Shown here: positions 1 to 12,470 of the stretch, in pieces
How positions within the stretch are numbered: position 1 is the first letter of the stretch
How the letters are laid out: the number at the start of each line of letters is the position of its first letter
Source of the DNA: Euprymna scolopes
Lineage: Eukaryota
Direction: 5' to 3' (one strand)
NCBI GenBank assembly: GCA_053919585.1
Contig: CM132810.1
Length of the DNA: 64,000 nucleotides
The notes under the pieces: model-generated
Database searches by the model: none
Seen by the model: only the letters and a program-made list of their open reading frames with translations
What the model was told of the DNA's origin: nothing
Translations under genes and position numbers: made by a program

Positions 1-80
1 CGATCCTGGCTTAAAGTAGTTGCCTGTCTAACTGCACTGATGAGCTGTGAAATAGGGAAACAATACTGTATGTAGATGAC
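1..80 (+). mobile_element. 3' part of tRNA/hammerhead (retrozyme-like) repeat, cut by the window edge
   Basis: Reverse complement of 12421-12500: CTGCA-CTGATGA-GCTG TGAAA TAGG-GAAA-CAATACTG-TA-TGTAG, followed by ATGAC and a TA-rich tract. Confidence 0.8.
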
Positions 81-855
81 CATATATATATGTTTATATA
101 TATGTATATATATATATAATGGCGTAGTATCAGTCTTTGTTGCCCGGTGTGGTCGGAAAATTTGCTGGCATATAATTACCCCCCTCCCTGGCCTACTGGC
201 ATATGATTACCTGTTTTGCCACCTTCCGCCTCCTGCTGGCATATGACAACCTGTTAAAACCTTTGAAATTCCAAAAAGCCCTCAAAATATTTATTTTCAT
301 TGAACTAATGTTTACATAATTCCCTTCAGATTAATGTTTACACAATTCCCCTTTTTTCAAATTTAAATTTAATTTAACCATTTATTTTCATTAATTTGAA
401 TAATAATACGTACGTAAAAATTAATCTGAAATGAATTATGTAACAGCAGCATTTTTTGTATTATTAATTGGGGTGAGGCAGTGACGTAGCATGAGTTTTT
501 GCCATCCGGGGCGGTCGTAAAATTTGCCCCCCTACTGGCATATAATTATCTGTCTTGGCCCCCCCCCCCCCCCCGCGCTAAAAAATGTTATTTTTTCAAT
601 TTGTAAAAAAGACATATTACAAACATTTATTTCCTTCTCTGCTACATAATTTATTTATATCAGCAATATTTTAAAAAAAACTAATGTGACAAAATTTTGT
701 TTCAGCATTTTGTGTGTTCGACTGAAATTGTCATAACATATTACTCCGCTCCACCCCAGAAAATTAAATATAATGCCTTTATCCTATCATGATTTGTTTT
801 GAAATATTTGTAATGTTAATGTTTTCTAAAATAGCATTTGCTTTGTTGTTATTAG

Positions 856-1049
856 GAAAATATTATAATGCGAGAACGGAATTACGAAGATCAAATGGCA
901 TCTTTACGTCTTAAGGTGGATGAATTATTACAGGAGAATCGACAGCTGAAAAGTGATGTGACTGATTCACAGACGAACTTAGCAATCATCCGAAGTGAAT
1001 TAGCCACACTTCGCCAGGAATACACCGACAAATGTCATGAATTGGAAAT
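856..1049 (+). CDS. RASEF: RASEF (Rab45) internal exon, coiled-coil region (ENIIMRERNYEDQMASLRLKVDELLQENRQLK...ELE), phase 0-2
   Basis: TAG acceptor ending at 855 and GTAAGC donor at 1050. Open heptad-rich frame that splices in phase to the exon at 3226. Confidence 0.85.
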
Positions 1050-1170
1050 GTAAGCTGATTTCATCTTTGTTTTCATTTTTTATGGATTTGAAGAATTTCG
1101 ATATCAGTTTAAAAATTCGGTGTTTCAAAAGAACAAGAAGGATTTGATGTAATTTTTAAAGAATCAATTA

Positions 1171-1580
1171 AAATTATGTTATAATCAGTTAATTATGTTA
1201 TAATCAGTTAATTATGTTATGATCAGTTAATTATATTATAATCAGTTATGTTATAATCAGTTATTTATATTATAATCAGTTAATTATATTATAATCAGTT
1301 AATTATGTTATAATCAGTTAATTATGTTATAATCAGTTAATTATATTATAATCAGTTATGTTATAATCAGTTATTTATATTATAATCAGTTAATTATATT
1401 ATAATCAGTTAATTATGTTATAATCAGTTAATTATGTTATAATCAGTTAATTATATTATAATCAGTTATGTTATAATCAGTTATTTATATTATAATCAGT
1501 TAATTATATTATAATCAGTTAATTATGTTATAATCAGTTAATTATGTTATAATCAGTTATTTATTTTATAATCAGTTAAG
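1171..1580. repeat. ~19-bp AT-rich minisatellite (ATAATCAGTTAATTATGTT)n
   Basis: About 20 visible tandem copies, degenerating further to ~1710. Confidence 0.95.
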
Positions 1581-1820
1581 ATATCAAATGCGCTATAACC
1601 AATTACAAAATCGAATACATTATAATCAATTAAAATATCAAATGCTTTATAATCAATTCAAATACCAAATATGTTAAAATCAATTTAAATATCAAATACG
1701 GTATAATCAATGAGAAAAGTGAAGACATTTTATGTAGCAGCAAGTAATTTGTTTACATAAAAAATTTTAAAAAATTGTTCTTTTTTCATTTTTATTGTTT
1801 TAATAATTAAGTTTGATATT

Positions 1821-1999
1821 TCGGATCAAGTAAAGATTAGATACCCCGGTAGCAGACCGCAAAGATAGGCGTACATTTCAATTGACACCGGTTGTTCGAC
1901 CCTGACATTGCCATTGGTTGGTTGTAAGCATGTCAATTGAAATGTGCGTCTATCTTTGTCTTCTGCTACTGGGTTTTTTAAAATCTTTACTTGATCCGA
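1821..1999. mobile_element. Foldback/MITE-like element with ~65-bp imperfect inverted arms
   Basis: TCGGATCAAGTAAAGATT...CATTTCAATTGACA pairs with TGTCAATTGAAATG...AATCTTTACTTGATCCGA. Confidence 0.75.
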
Positions 2000-2147
2000 T
2001 ATTTTATCATCTCACCTGACATATTTCTTTTTTTGGTTTCATTTGTTGTCCATAAACTAAAAGTAAAAATAAATAAATTCAATGTATTTGCTTGAAATGT
2101 TTTATAAAAATAATTTTTTTCTTGCAGTTTGTGTTTGACATCTTATA

Positions 2148-2850
2148 CAGGGTGGCCCACTTAAAATTAGCCCAGAATATAGTAGAGAGGGGGGAACATT
2201 CTTTTATTATTTAAATTACCTGTAATATTGTTTAAATTACCTGTACCATTGTTTAAATTACCTGTAACATTGTTTAAATTACCTGTAACATTATTTAAAT
2301 TACCTGTAACATTGTTTAAATTGCCTGCAACATTGTTTAAATTACCTGTAACATTGTTTAAATTACTTTTAACATTGTTTAAATTACCTGTAACATTATT
2401 TAAATTACCTGTAACATTGTTTAAATTACCGGTAATATTATTTAAATTACCTGTAACGTTATTTAAATTACTTGTAACGTTATAAAATATGCTGGAAGTA
2501 CTCCCCGTTGACATCTATGCATTTCTGGGCATGTTTAACAAAGTTTGCAGATACTTCCTGTAGATCTTCTCTGGTGATTTTCCTGATAGCGTTAGTAATG
2601 TTCTCCTTTAGTTGGTCTACATTGTGAGGATTATTTGCATAAACTTTTTGTTTTAATGTCCTCCAAAGATAAAAATCACATGATGACAAGTTCGGGGAAT
2701 GTGATGGCCATAACCTTTTGCTTATTGTTCATACATACCATGAACTTGTGTCAGTGATGTGAGACGTGTGGCATGTAACACCATCTTGTTGGATAAAGAA
2801 TTGCATTTTGTCTTGAGGCGTCAGTTGGTCGTTAACCTGTTTTAAATGTT
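2148..2850 (-). mobile_element. Tc1/mariner transposase remnant (3' half plus TIR)
   Basis: Motifs IQQDG...WPSHSPNLSSCDFYLW...NGEYFQHIL (ORF 2480..2689). TA|CAGGGTGGCCCAC terminus at 2146-2160. Confidence 0.85.
2205..2482. repeat. 21-bp tandem repeat (TTGTTTAAATTACCTGTAACA)~13 within the mariner 3' UTR
   Basis: Directly visible. It produces the spurious NNVTGNL and FKLPVTL ORFs. Confidence 0.95.
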
Positions 2851-3225
2851 GAGTTTAAGAAATTAGGAAGTTTAATCTGAAAAAAAAAAAAAATTTGGTT
2901 TATTTCCAATCATTCATCATTCATTCCAATATTTCACTTCCAATTGTACATTCATATTTTTTTTTTCAGCAATCTATTAAAAATCTATGATTTTTTCCAA
3001 ATACAACAAAAATATTCAGAAATTCATTTTTGTAAATATTGAAGTCAATCTTCAATTCAGCCATAATTTTCAATGTTTTCAACCCTGAAATTAAATGAAT
3101 TTAATAAATTTGAAAAAAATTCTATTCATTGAAAACATATAAAAACATCTTTTTTTAGCTATTCTAAATATTTTATCAGATTTTCATTTATTTCTATAAT
3201 ATGTCATTACTTATTTCCGTTTCAG

Positions 3226-3294
3226 GGAAAAAGACACTGTAATGGATTTTATCAAAGAACAGGACAATTTAACAAGGCAGTTACATTTATTGCA
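3226..3294 (+). CDS. RASEF: RASEF exon (M-EKDTVMDFIKEQDNLTRQLHLL), phase 2-2
   Basis: tttcAG acceptor and GTGAGT donor at 3295. 69 nt, in phase with both neighbours. Confidence 0.85.
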
Positions 3295-3549
3295 GTGAGT
3301 AAAACTTGATTTATTACTTGTGAACTTTGGTGTGAAAAATCATGAAGCAGTTTTATCAATTGAAATTTTGACCTGTCAGTCATAATTATTAGATTTGCTC
3401 ATCTATGTTAAGATCTGATACAATGAAAAGTCTTTAATGTGATGAAATAAAATGCATTTTTATCATCGTTGTACAGATTCCATGTTGCATAAAGTAACAG
3501 ACAGCCATTTTCCTACTTTAGATGAATGCAAACGGTGTATTATTATTAC

Positions 3550-3552
<3 letters not shown>

Positions 3553-3625
<73 letters not shown>
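3553..3625. repeat. (GA)n microsatellite
   Basis: Visible. Similar tracts occur at ~7304-7362, 11634-11683 and 22910-22967. Confidence 0.97.
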
Positions 3626-3628
<3 letters not shown>

Positions 3629-5527
3629 GCAGATTTAACCAACATAAGTCCAGTTCAAACAGACAGAAGTTTATAGAAGCTAGAAGTAATTGTAAGAGAG
3701 AAATGGTGACAGCTAAGAGAGAATACACTGAAACAACTAGAAAACGCATTGAAGCACAGAAATTAGGAACCCTTGATTTTTGGAAAATCTACAACAGTGT
3801 AGTAAATAAAGGGCAATCAACAATTCCCCCACTATCAAACAATCATAAGATTGTTTGCATAGCAACCGAGAAGGCTAACATGCTTACCAGTCGGTTTGCC
3901 TCAAACTCCACATTGGACCCAGAAAACTACTCCCTCCTTGACTTTCCTTTGCGGACAGGCGCCACACTAGATGATCTGAAAATCACCCCTTATCACATCA
4001 TAAAAATCCTAGACAACTCAAAAGCATGTGGACCTGATCTCATCCCGGCTGTGCTATTAAAAAAAATGCTCTGCTAAGGTTGCTCCAGTTCTCTCCAAAC
4101 TTTACAACAAATGCATCTTGCTTTTCTAACTGCTGGAAAACTGCTTCTGTGGTACCAATTTTCAAGAATTCTGGCAAAAGAACTGATCCATTAAATTATC
4201 GCCCTATTAGCCTCCTCCCACTTTTCGCCAAAATATTTGAGTCCATAATTAATCAAGCTTTAGTCTATTACATTATTAAACTTCTAGCTGCTAAACTTCT
4301 GATCGACCAACAAGCCCGTTCCACAGCAGATATCCTAACTGTAATCTCTGAACGTATATACCATTCACTGGACAAAGCAAGGGAGGGTAGAGCGATAGTC
4401 CTAGATATATCTAAGGCTTTTGACAGGGTATGGCACGATGGTCTTCTTAGGAAAATCAGATCATACAGTATTACTGGACGAATACTTAATATAATTAAAT
4501 CCTTCTTAAGTAAGTTAAGAATCTAGGTTGTCCTTGACGGTCGTACATCTAAACAATATGATATAAATGCGGGAGTACCTCAGGGGACTATGTTTGAACC
4601 TCTATTATTCCTAATATTCATAAATGACCTCCCTTATAATATTGTCTCTGAGATGTGTATATTTGCTGATGACACCATGCTCTATAATAAGCATGAGGGG
4701 GAAAAATTAACACATACCTAAGGAAATGGCAAACCTCCAATCTGTAGTGGAATGGAGACAAAAATGGATGGTCACATTCAATGCTGCCGAGACTAAGTTT
4801 GTTTCCTTCAATAATTACAAGAAACCTTCTCTACCACCAATAGCAAAGACCAAGAACACATTGCCCAAAAGTACTACCTTTAAACTCCTCAGCCTAACGT
4901 TTACAGGGAACGAACTGGAATAGATACATTGAGAGCATTGCCAAAGCTGCTGCAAAGAAGGTGGGCTCTCTCTACTATGCTAGAAAGCTACTTACGCCTA
5001 AAAGTATCCTGTACCTCTATAAGGCCACCATTCGCCCGTGTATGGAGTATTGTCACATTTGGGCTGATGCATCTACTACTAGTCTCTCCCTCTTAGACAA
5101 GGTTTAAAAGAGAGTCGCCAACCTGATAGGTCTTGAACTGTCATCTAAGCTTCAGCCTCTGTCCCATTGATGAAATGTTGCATCCCTCTGTCTGTTCTAC
5201 AAGTATTTTAATGGTGAATGCTCTGATGAACTACAAGCACTTGACTTAAATACCCCTGGCAAACCTGACAAGCAGCTAAATCCCACCCCTACACAGTAGA
5301 GATCCCTAGGTGTAAGAAAGCAATAGTTTCTTCCCCAGAACTGCTAGACTTTGGAACTCCCTTCTGGGATTTTATATTCCCAACTGTACTGACATGCAGA
5401 AGTTCAAGAGTAATGTGAACAGATATCTCGCTGCTCGGCTCCCTGCAACTTATGTCCCCGATAGTAACCCCCTACTTCAAAGTGGCACTGTGCCTTGTTT
5501 GGGGTGAAAATTGAATAAAAAAAAAAA
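3626..5527 (+). mobile_element. 5'-truncated CR1-clade LINE (RT pseudogene with poly-A tail)
   Basis: Motifs KACGPD, YRPISLL, LDISKAFDRVWH, GVPQG, FADDT and IRPCMEYC, with stops and frameshifts. 3' UTR ends in AATAAAAAAAAAAA. Confidence 0.92.
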
Positions 5528-5629
5528 TTCAATTCAATACACGTATATCTCTTTGTTTGCAGTTCATATTAAAGAAATTCTTTAATATGAACTGCAAATG
5601 AAGAGATATACATGTGTATTGAATTGAAT
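5527..5629. repeat. ~100-bp near-perfect palindrome abutting the LINE poly-A
   Basis: ATTCAATTCAATACAC...TATTAAAGAA-A-TTCTTTAATA...GTGTATTGAATTGAAT. Confidence 0.9.
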
Positions 5630-5899
5630 GTGATAGTTTATTTATGTATTTGTTTCATGTTTTCTGTGTAGATAAAGAAGTGATATAATAGGAATGGATA
5701 AGTAAATATTCTTGGAATTAATTTATTCTCGTATCACGTTGAGTTTAGGAAAATAAAAAACGAAACTGAATAACAACTTTTCACTTCAGGTGTTCTTATC
5801 TAAGAGGAAAAACATCACATGACTGGTTCATTTTTTTATGTACAATGATTTATATCTCTATAAGTTATGTGGCAAATCACAACTCTGAACTAATTGTCG

Positions 5900-6760
5900 T
5901 TTCTGATTTACAGGTGTTTAAACTGAGTCAGATGTGAAATGAAGCCTGTTGAGTGTTGCGCAGTGATCCAGTTTTTTTTTTATTTAAAAGGACGCACACC
6001 ACAGGAGATTTTGATGAAATAAAAGAAACGTATAGTAATAATAGCCCACCATATTACCTTGTAAAACACTGGCATTCAAACATGGCCAGAAATCTGTGGA
6101 ATAAGTTCGCAGACTTGGTTCCACCCACCCTTCTGTCATTGATTAGGCATCTGTCAGTCAAGGCTACCATTTTGAAAGATTGATGCATGTGTATTCACCA
6201 ATTAGCTCAAGAGTTCACGATTAATAGAGAATCTGTGGAAACTATTATTCTTGACCCTTTGCAAATGAATAAAGTGTCTGCCAGGTTGTTGATACCTTTC
6301 CAAAAGTGAGAACATGTGGAGTGCTTAAAGATGAAGCTAAAGATGTGCCAAGAGGATGAGTCAATGTTTTTAAAAAAAACTGATTACACAGGATAAAACT
6401 TGGGCCTATCACGTTGATCCAGAGATCTAAGCCCATTCAATGCAGTGTAAACACTTGAATTCATCACTTCCAAAGAAAGCAACAGTGCAGACATCTACTG
6501 GCAAGGTCATGCTTACAAGATCAGTACAAATTAGTGATGACAGATTTCATGGCAAAGGGTACCACAATTACAAGACTTTATTATGCTTCACTTGTGTTAG
6601 GAAAGTAAGAGAAGTTATCAAAATTAAGAGAAAGGGGGTAAGATCAGCAAAGACAATGCTCAGGTCGACAGTGGGCATGTTGCCAAATCAGAAACACAGG
6701 CATGTGACTATGAAATCCTCCCCCATCCTTCCTACTCTACTAATGTTGAACAATTGCTAA
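5900..6760 (+). mobile_element. Degenerate mariner transposase remnant
   Basis: QCKHLNSSLPKKATVQTSTGKVML resembles QWKH..SP.PKK..QPSAGKVM. HPPYS-like motif near 6720. Confidence 0.75.
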
Positions 6761-7023
6761 TATCAAAAAATTTTTTATTATGATCGAAAAATCCAAATCA
6801 GCAAGAGTAATGACTTATATTTTAAATTAAAGACTATACATTTATGTTGTTTTTCTGTATATGTTTTAAAACATATGCAAACAAACAAAAATAATTTCAC
6901 AGCATCCCAGGAAATGTCATGTAGGTACAGCTAGTATATCCCGGTTTAAGGAAGTTGCTTGTGTTTAAACACACTAAAGAATTGTGAAACAACAAAATAG
7001 TCTACCTCAGGATAATTAAATAT

Positions 7024-7286
7024 CCTTCCCTTATTGAGTTAAGCTTTTGGTAAGCGAAATCGCCAGCTGCCATTAGAATATAATGCAATAATCTTTGTGT
7101 AAACAAATGAAGCTTTCAGCATTCGACAATATTTATCATTGTAATTTCGTTTCCTCTCAGCAGCAGTCAAATGATGCTTATGTTGGTAGAAGCACCAACT
7201 GTTTCACATTCAGATGTTCAGGTTTTGATCACAGCTTGTTAACTGCACTGAAAGGCTGTGATATGACGAAACAGTCTGTGATGACT
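7024..7286 (+). mobile_element. Old degenerate copy of the tRNA/hammerhead repeat
   Basis: Shares CCATTAG.ATATAA...CTTTGTGTAAACAAAT with the reverse complement of 12600-12660. Ends CTGCA CTGAAAG...GAAACAGTCTGTG ATGACT plus (TA)n. Confidence 0.65.
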
Positions 7287-7321
7287 AATATATATATATA
7301 TAAAGAGAGAGAGAGAGAGTT

Positions 7322-7365
<44 letters not shown>

Positions 7366-9559
7366 ATATTATGGTTTTTAATATTGAAAATAACATGGAC
7401 TTGAACTTATGAAAGAAACTACCATGACAAAAATATGAAGACCCTATAAAGACACACTGAATTGGTTTGGGGAAGTTCTGAATTATAAGAAAGAAGAGAC
7501 AAAGAAAAGGAAAATTGGGAGAGAAAGAGTAAGAGGAAGAGAGAGGGAGAGAGAAGATAGAAAATGCACAAAATAGATTATTTTGCATAAGTAATTTAGG
7601 TATGATGGAATCTGAAAGAGTGAGACTGCGTCTTTCTCGTAAATATATGCATGGATAAAAAAGGTGAAATTGGTCGTTAAGTTTTAAAAGACTTTGTTGA
7701 TTTCCTTTTATTTCCAAAGATATTTTAATTTTTTCTTCGATATTTTGGTCATGTGTGCCGAGAAATATATATATTTTTTTTGCTCCTGCATTATCAAATG
7801 TACCAAAAGATCATTTGAATAAAAATTTGCACCTGACATCTTAATATTTAGGCCACAAGTACCGAAGATCGTTTTTACATAAGCATGTACCTGTAGAGCA
7901 ATAATGATTATCAAATGTACCAAAAGGTTATTTGAATAAAAATTAAAAACCTAACAGACATCTGAGTATAAAAGAAACAAACTTGGAATTGTCAGAAAAA
8001 AAAGTTAAAAGTATGATGTTCGAAGGCTCAATTTCGGCAAAAATTTATGTGGGTGTAATCAAAGTTAGTCTGGTGAGTCACGAGGACAGAATAAAACGCT
8101 CTTAGGGTGCGTTTACAGGACAATACCATCCCAAAGGGACGTTTCAGGTGGTCATAAATGCTTATACAATAACAACCAAAAAGGATATTGTTGTAGGTTA
8201 ACCATTGGGTCAAGAACAATCAATCTATCAAATTTCTGTGTGTACATCTCTCTCCTAACACCAACCAACCAACCAACCAACCAACCAACCAACCATATCA
8301 AGAATAAAGACATATTGTTATATTTTTATATTTCAGTGTGTCATCATCCTTTTGAATACAACTTCTAATTTTTCATCCAAATAACTTTTTGGTATTATTG
8401 TTCCACAGATACATACTTATGTCAAAATGATCTTTGGTACTCATGGTCTAGACAATAAGATATCCAATAATAATAATTTCCACTCAAATGATGTTTTGGT
8501 TCACTTGATAATGCAGGTGTAAAAAACTGATTTGTCACACACAGTGCCAAAATATCCAACATTTGATTGTTACTTGTAAGATCAAATATGTAAGTGTACA
8601 AATACAAATATGGAGGCAACACCGATTTTCCAGCAACTCATGGCTGAAATTTCTATTTATTGTATATAGCACACCATGAATTTGTTTGTTCACACTGTAC
8701 CTGCTGGTGGTAGTGTCCTTTTATTTTGAGATTATTTCTTATTTTACTAAAATTTAATGTTTGTCATGGTTTCACAGGCAAATCCAAGCTTATGGCTTCA
8801 GAAGCAAATCCAAGTGGCAGCCATAATATTATCATATATTGATTCAATTTTATTTCTCCATGTTTAATTTATACTCGTTTAAGTTCCTAGTAATTTTTGG
8901 TGGCTGATAGACATGGTAACGATATAATTAATAGACTAGAAGTGTTAATGAATTATTATTACAGTGAAATCAGATGGTCTGGCAAAAAAAAAAATGGTGT
9001 TGAGATAAATTCTTATGTAATAATAAGATTGAGACAAAGGCTGGTCTTTGGGTTAATTAAACTTATGAATGCAAATCTAACCACACACAACAACTGTTCC
9101 TCACCTAGCCTTATATGTCTCTTATAGAACCACCATTTTTAATTAAGAACGTGTGTTAATTTGCAACAAAAATTTCATTAAGAAAACAACAACACTCGTT
9201 TTATGGTTCACAGATGTATTGATTTTATATCTCCTTGACTTGGTTATTGTAAACTATACTTATTAATCAGCCGTTATTAAAATATTCTAATTAGAGAACC
9301 AAAAAGAGCCAAACCACCCTCTCTTCTTTCTTACCTCATTTTTTTATGTCACTTTTATTGAAACCTGTTTCCACGATACTCACTAGACAACATATTCTAT
9401 CCACATTGTTTCAATTTTTATAACAAATTAACAAAGTCATTTCCAACAAACACCACAAATTTGCTATGGCACTTCCATTAAGACTATTTTTCACTTTTTT
9501 TCTAAGTATTTTCTCACAATCTTCTTAAGATTAACTAAGAATAACAACATTAACATTTC

Positions 9560-9760
9560 TAACTCAGTTATGGCGGATAGAACGAGAACAGTTTAATTGC
9601 ATATATTAAATAAAGAGTATAGTTCGAAATTCTGTACAAGTTCTTGAGTTCAATGTAAAGATTTTCACATTCAAAAAGATGCACCTAAGAAGTTTGGAAG
9701 TTACATCGGCCAAAGCGTTGAGTATAGTAGTCGGAATAATATAAATAATATAAATTGTCA
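9560..9760 (+). mobile_element. Possible Penelope-like terminal repeat remnant with decayed minimal hammerhead
   Basis: CACCTAAGAAG-TTTGGAAGTTACATCGGC-CAAAGCGTTG resembles the PLE pattern CCTGANGAAG..CGGCCGAAACGTTG. The core is degenerate. Confidence 0.35.
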
Positions 9761-10562
9761 ATGATCATTAAAAAAAATTCTGAAACATAGCAACCGACAC
9801 AGTTTCACCCATTTTTAAAGTAATCTTCCTTCATCTCGAATGTACTTTTTCTTGTCCTTCTTCTCAGAATTTATCAATCCTCTACTTGTGATAAGTGTTT
9901 TCTTGTGAATTTGAAGAGATTCATAGAATTGCATGACAATTCAAAAAGGGAGATGAGGGGTGGTTCTATGCAGTTTTACAATTTATTAAGAAGGAATTAA
10001 CTTTTATCTCATATTCACCTGGATAAAATGTTCTTTTCATATTCATAAGATATACATTTTGATCATATACAACTAAAAACTATCTGCCTAAATGCAAGTA
10101 AAATTACTTTCACAAAAACTAGTTTTGCACCGCTTTTATGCCCTCTTACAACGATTAAAATCAAGCTATATTTCCAAATTTGGTCAAATTATTTTTTAAA
10201 TAATCGATTTATAGTAAATAAAAATTAGAAGTCATGCAAAGACGAGAAACATTCACATAGATATAATCACACAATGTTATTAATATATATCTAGTATCAC
10301 CTTGAAAAAGTTAAAATAATTGATGCTGTTTACAGTTGTAAATGTTTCATAATATTTTGTATTTGCTTTTGACTTGAATATATTCAATTGTTATGTTATA
10401 AAAATTATTCTGAATTAAATATTTGCATAAATACATGTAAATATTTACAAATTATTAATTTTTCATGTGATTTGCTATTGTTTTATTTTTAATTTTTGCT
10501 ATATTGTATCGATTTTGTCAGTTATCTTGTTTGTTGCTAATATTGATATTTTTGCTTGTCAG

Positions 10563-10659
10563 TGATGCTAACAAAAAATTGCATGACACAAATGATGATT
10601 TAAGGGAAGCAGTGGATATCAATCGTCAATCAAATCATAAAAGATCCTATTCGTCTGGA
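10563..10659 (+). CDS. RASEF: RASEF exon (H-DANKKLHDTNDDLREAVDINRQSNHKRSYSSG), phase 2-0
   Basis: Polypyrimidine tract plus cAG acceptor, GTAAGT donor. ANKKLHDTNDDLR resembles the ANRKLHDSNDGLR motif I recall from vertebrate RASEF. Confidence 0.9.
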
Positions 10660-11631
10660 GTAAGTATTTTCTCCACATTTCTAACATTCAGATATTCAAC
10701 AAACTTTGATAAAGTTCAAATCAAACTTCTTTTTGAAACTCTCTTGTTAAACTTTTAATGCATAAAAAAAGGAAAGTGATTTTTTAGTATCATATGAATT
10801 CAAAGATTCTATTGTTAGTATTGTTTTTTTTTTTAGTCAGAATTCTTTCGAGAAAGATATTATGTACTTATGGGAGGGACCATGTGAAGGTGCCACCATC
10901 CTAAGTGAAAATGATTTTTGTGGAGCAAACTGGATTCACACAGTCCATGTCGTTGACCACTGAACCACCTTCACTTTTTAAAATGAATAAGCTAGCAGTG
11001 ACGTGTAGACAACTTTTTCAGGGCAGGTGCTCAAGTGAAAAAAAAAAAAAACGGCAAAAATATAGTAATGAACACCACTGTGGGGCATGGGCCTATAATA
11101 CATTCCTCTGAAAAGGTCATTTTTAACACAGGAGTAAAAGGGACAGGTCCTTCGGCACCCTAGTTCCCCATCCCCTTGCATGTCCCTGTAAGCGCGACAC
11201 AATTATAAAAATCCATTAAAAAATTATGCTTATATCAGAATGTGGAATGTGTTTTCCAACAATATCTGCTTTCTGAATTCATCGATCATTTATTTTTTTA
11301 ATGGCAGATTTTTGTTTCAAGCAACTAAATTGTGCACTCACAAAGTGCATGGTGAGGTGCATATGCCAATGGGTATTTCATAAGAATCTTTCCTCTTGAG
11401 TTCATCATTTAATTCCTTAGGAGTTCTGGGCAGAACCTTAAAGTGGATACACGTTGAAAGTTTTTTTTGTGAAAGGTTTCTCAACAGAGAATACTACTAT
11501 GCAAATTAGATATATTGAATTACAAGTGTCAGTACATCTCCCTAAAACATAAATGTTTTTTTGACTCTAGTAGGTCTTCTACTTCTTATTATTTAATTTT
11601 CAAGATTACTGTTGTCAAGCCTTCTCTAACT

Positions 11632-11685
<54 letters not shown>

Positions 11686-12087
11686 ATTATATAGGCTCTT
11701 TGCTATTCTTATGCTCATCCGCCATACTTAATTGTCAGTATCACTACATTCTCCTTCTCAAACTCAATTGTTTTACTTAAAGGTAAAAAAGATTGAACTG
11801 ATTTTACATTTTTATTTCTTGTTTTGTAAATAAATGAATTTAGTAAAACAAAATATTTATCCAAATAATAATGTTCTTTGATTTACAATTAGTGTTAATG
11901 TTTTATTTTGCTATCCAAATTATTTCCCTCAATGTATTAAGTTGAGAGGCGAACAAGTGAGTTTTTTTTCGAAAGACTTTTTATATTCCTACACATCAAC
12001 AAATAGGAAATAATTCCTACACATCAACAAATAGGAAATAAATACAGAAAAGATATAAGCATTTATATATTTTTTGTATTGATTTTT

Positions 12088-12090
<3 letters not shown>

Positions 12091-12149
<59 letters not shown>
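12091..12149. repeat. (CA)n microsatellite
   Basis: Visible. Others occur at 14313-14374 and 48380-48436. (TA)n tracts are at 12362, 25303, 26860, 32977 and 54521. Confidence 0.97.
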
Positions 12150-12150
<1 letters not shown>

Positions 12151-12356
12151 CTGTGGTTCATCTTTCTAAAATTCATCAGTGTGGTAATACGTTTAGCTAT
12201 GCTGGGATTAAAAATTCAAACAGCCCGTTATATCCAAGTGTGATTAGCAACCAAGTAAGTTGTCCACTGCAGCAATAAACTCATAAATTTATAGAGTTAC
12301 TAGCATTTCAGCCCAGCTTTGCTCGGGCCCTATGTACTGTTCATAACTTTATGTGC

Positions 12357-12419
<63 letters not shown>

Positions 12420-12426
12420 TAGTCAT

Positions 12427-12470
12427 CCACATACAGTACTGTTTCGCTGTTTCGCAGCTTATCAGTGCAG
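12427..12470 (-). ncRNA. Type I hammerhead ribozyme with core mutation (CUGAUAA)
   Basis: Minus strand reads CUGCA CUGAUAA GCUG CGAAA CAGC GAAA CAGUACUG UA^UGUGG. Stem II is perfect; the G8>A change probably impairs cleavage. Confidence 0.72.

Noticed and set aside
120-600. hAT-like MITE with CTGGCATAT..TTACC subrepeats
   Set aside because: Internal direct repeats are visible, but I could not find matching TIRs or a TSD.
2167-2514. 115-aa NNVTGNL repeat ORF and its antisense FKLPVTL ORF
   Set aside because: These are by-products of a 21-bp (multiple of 3) tandem repeat inside a transposon remnant, with no splice or gene context.
3452-3749. ER/SL repeat ORFs, plus the YI and TH repeat ORFs elsewhere
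   Set aside because: They are translations of dinucleotide microsatellites.
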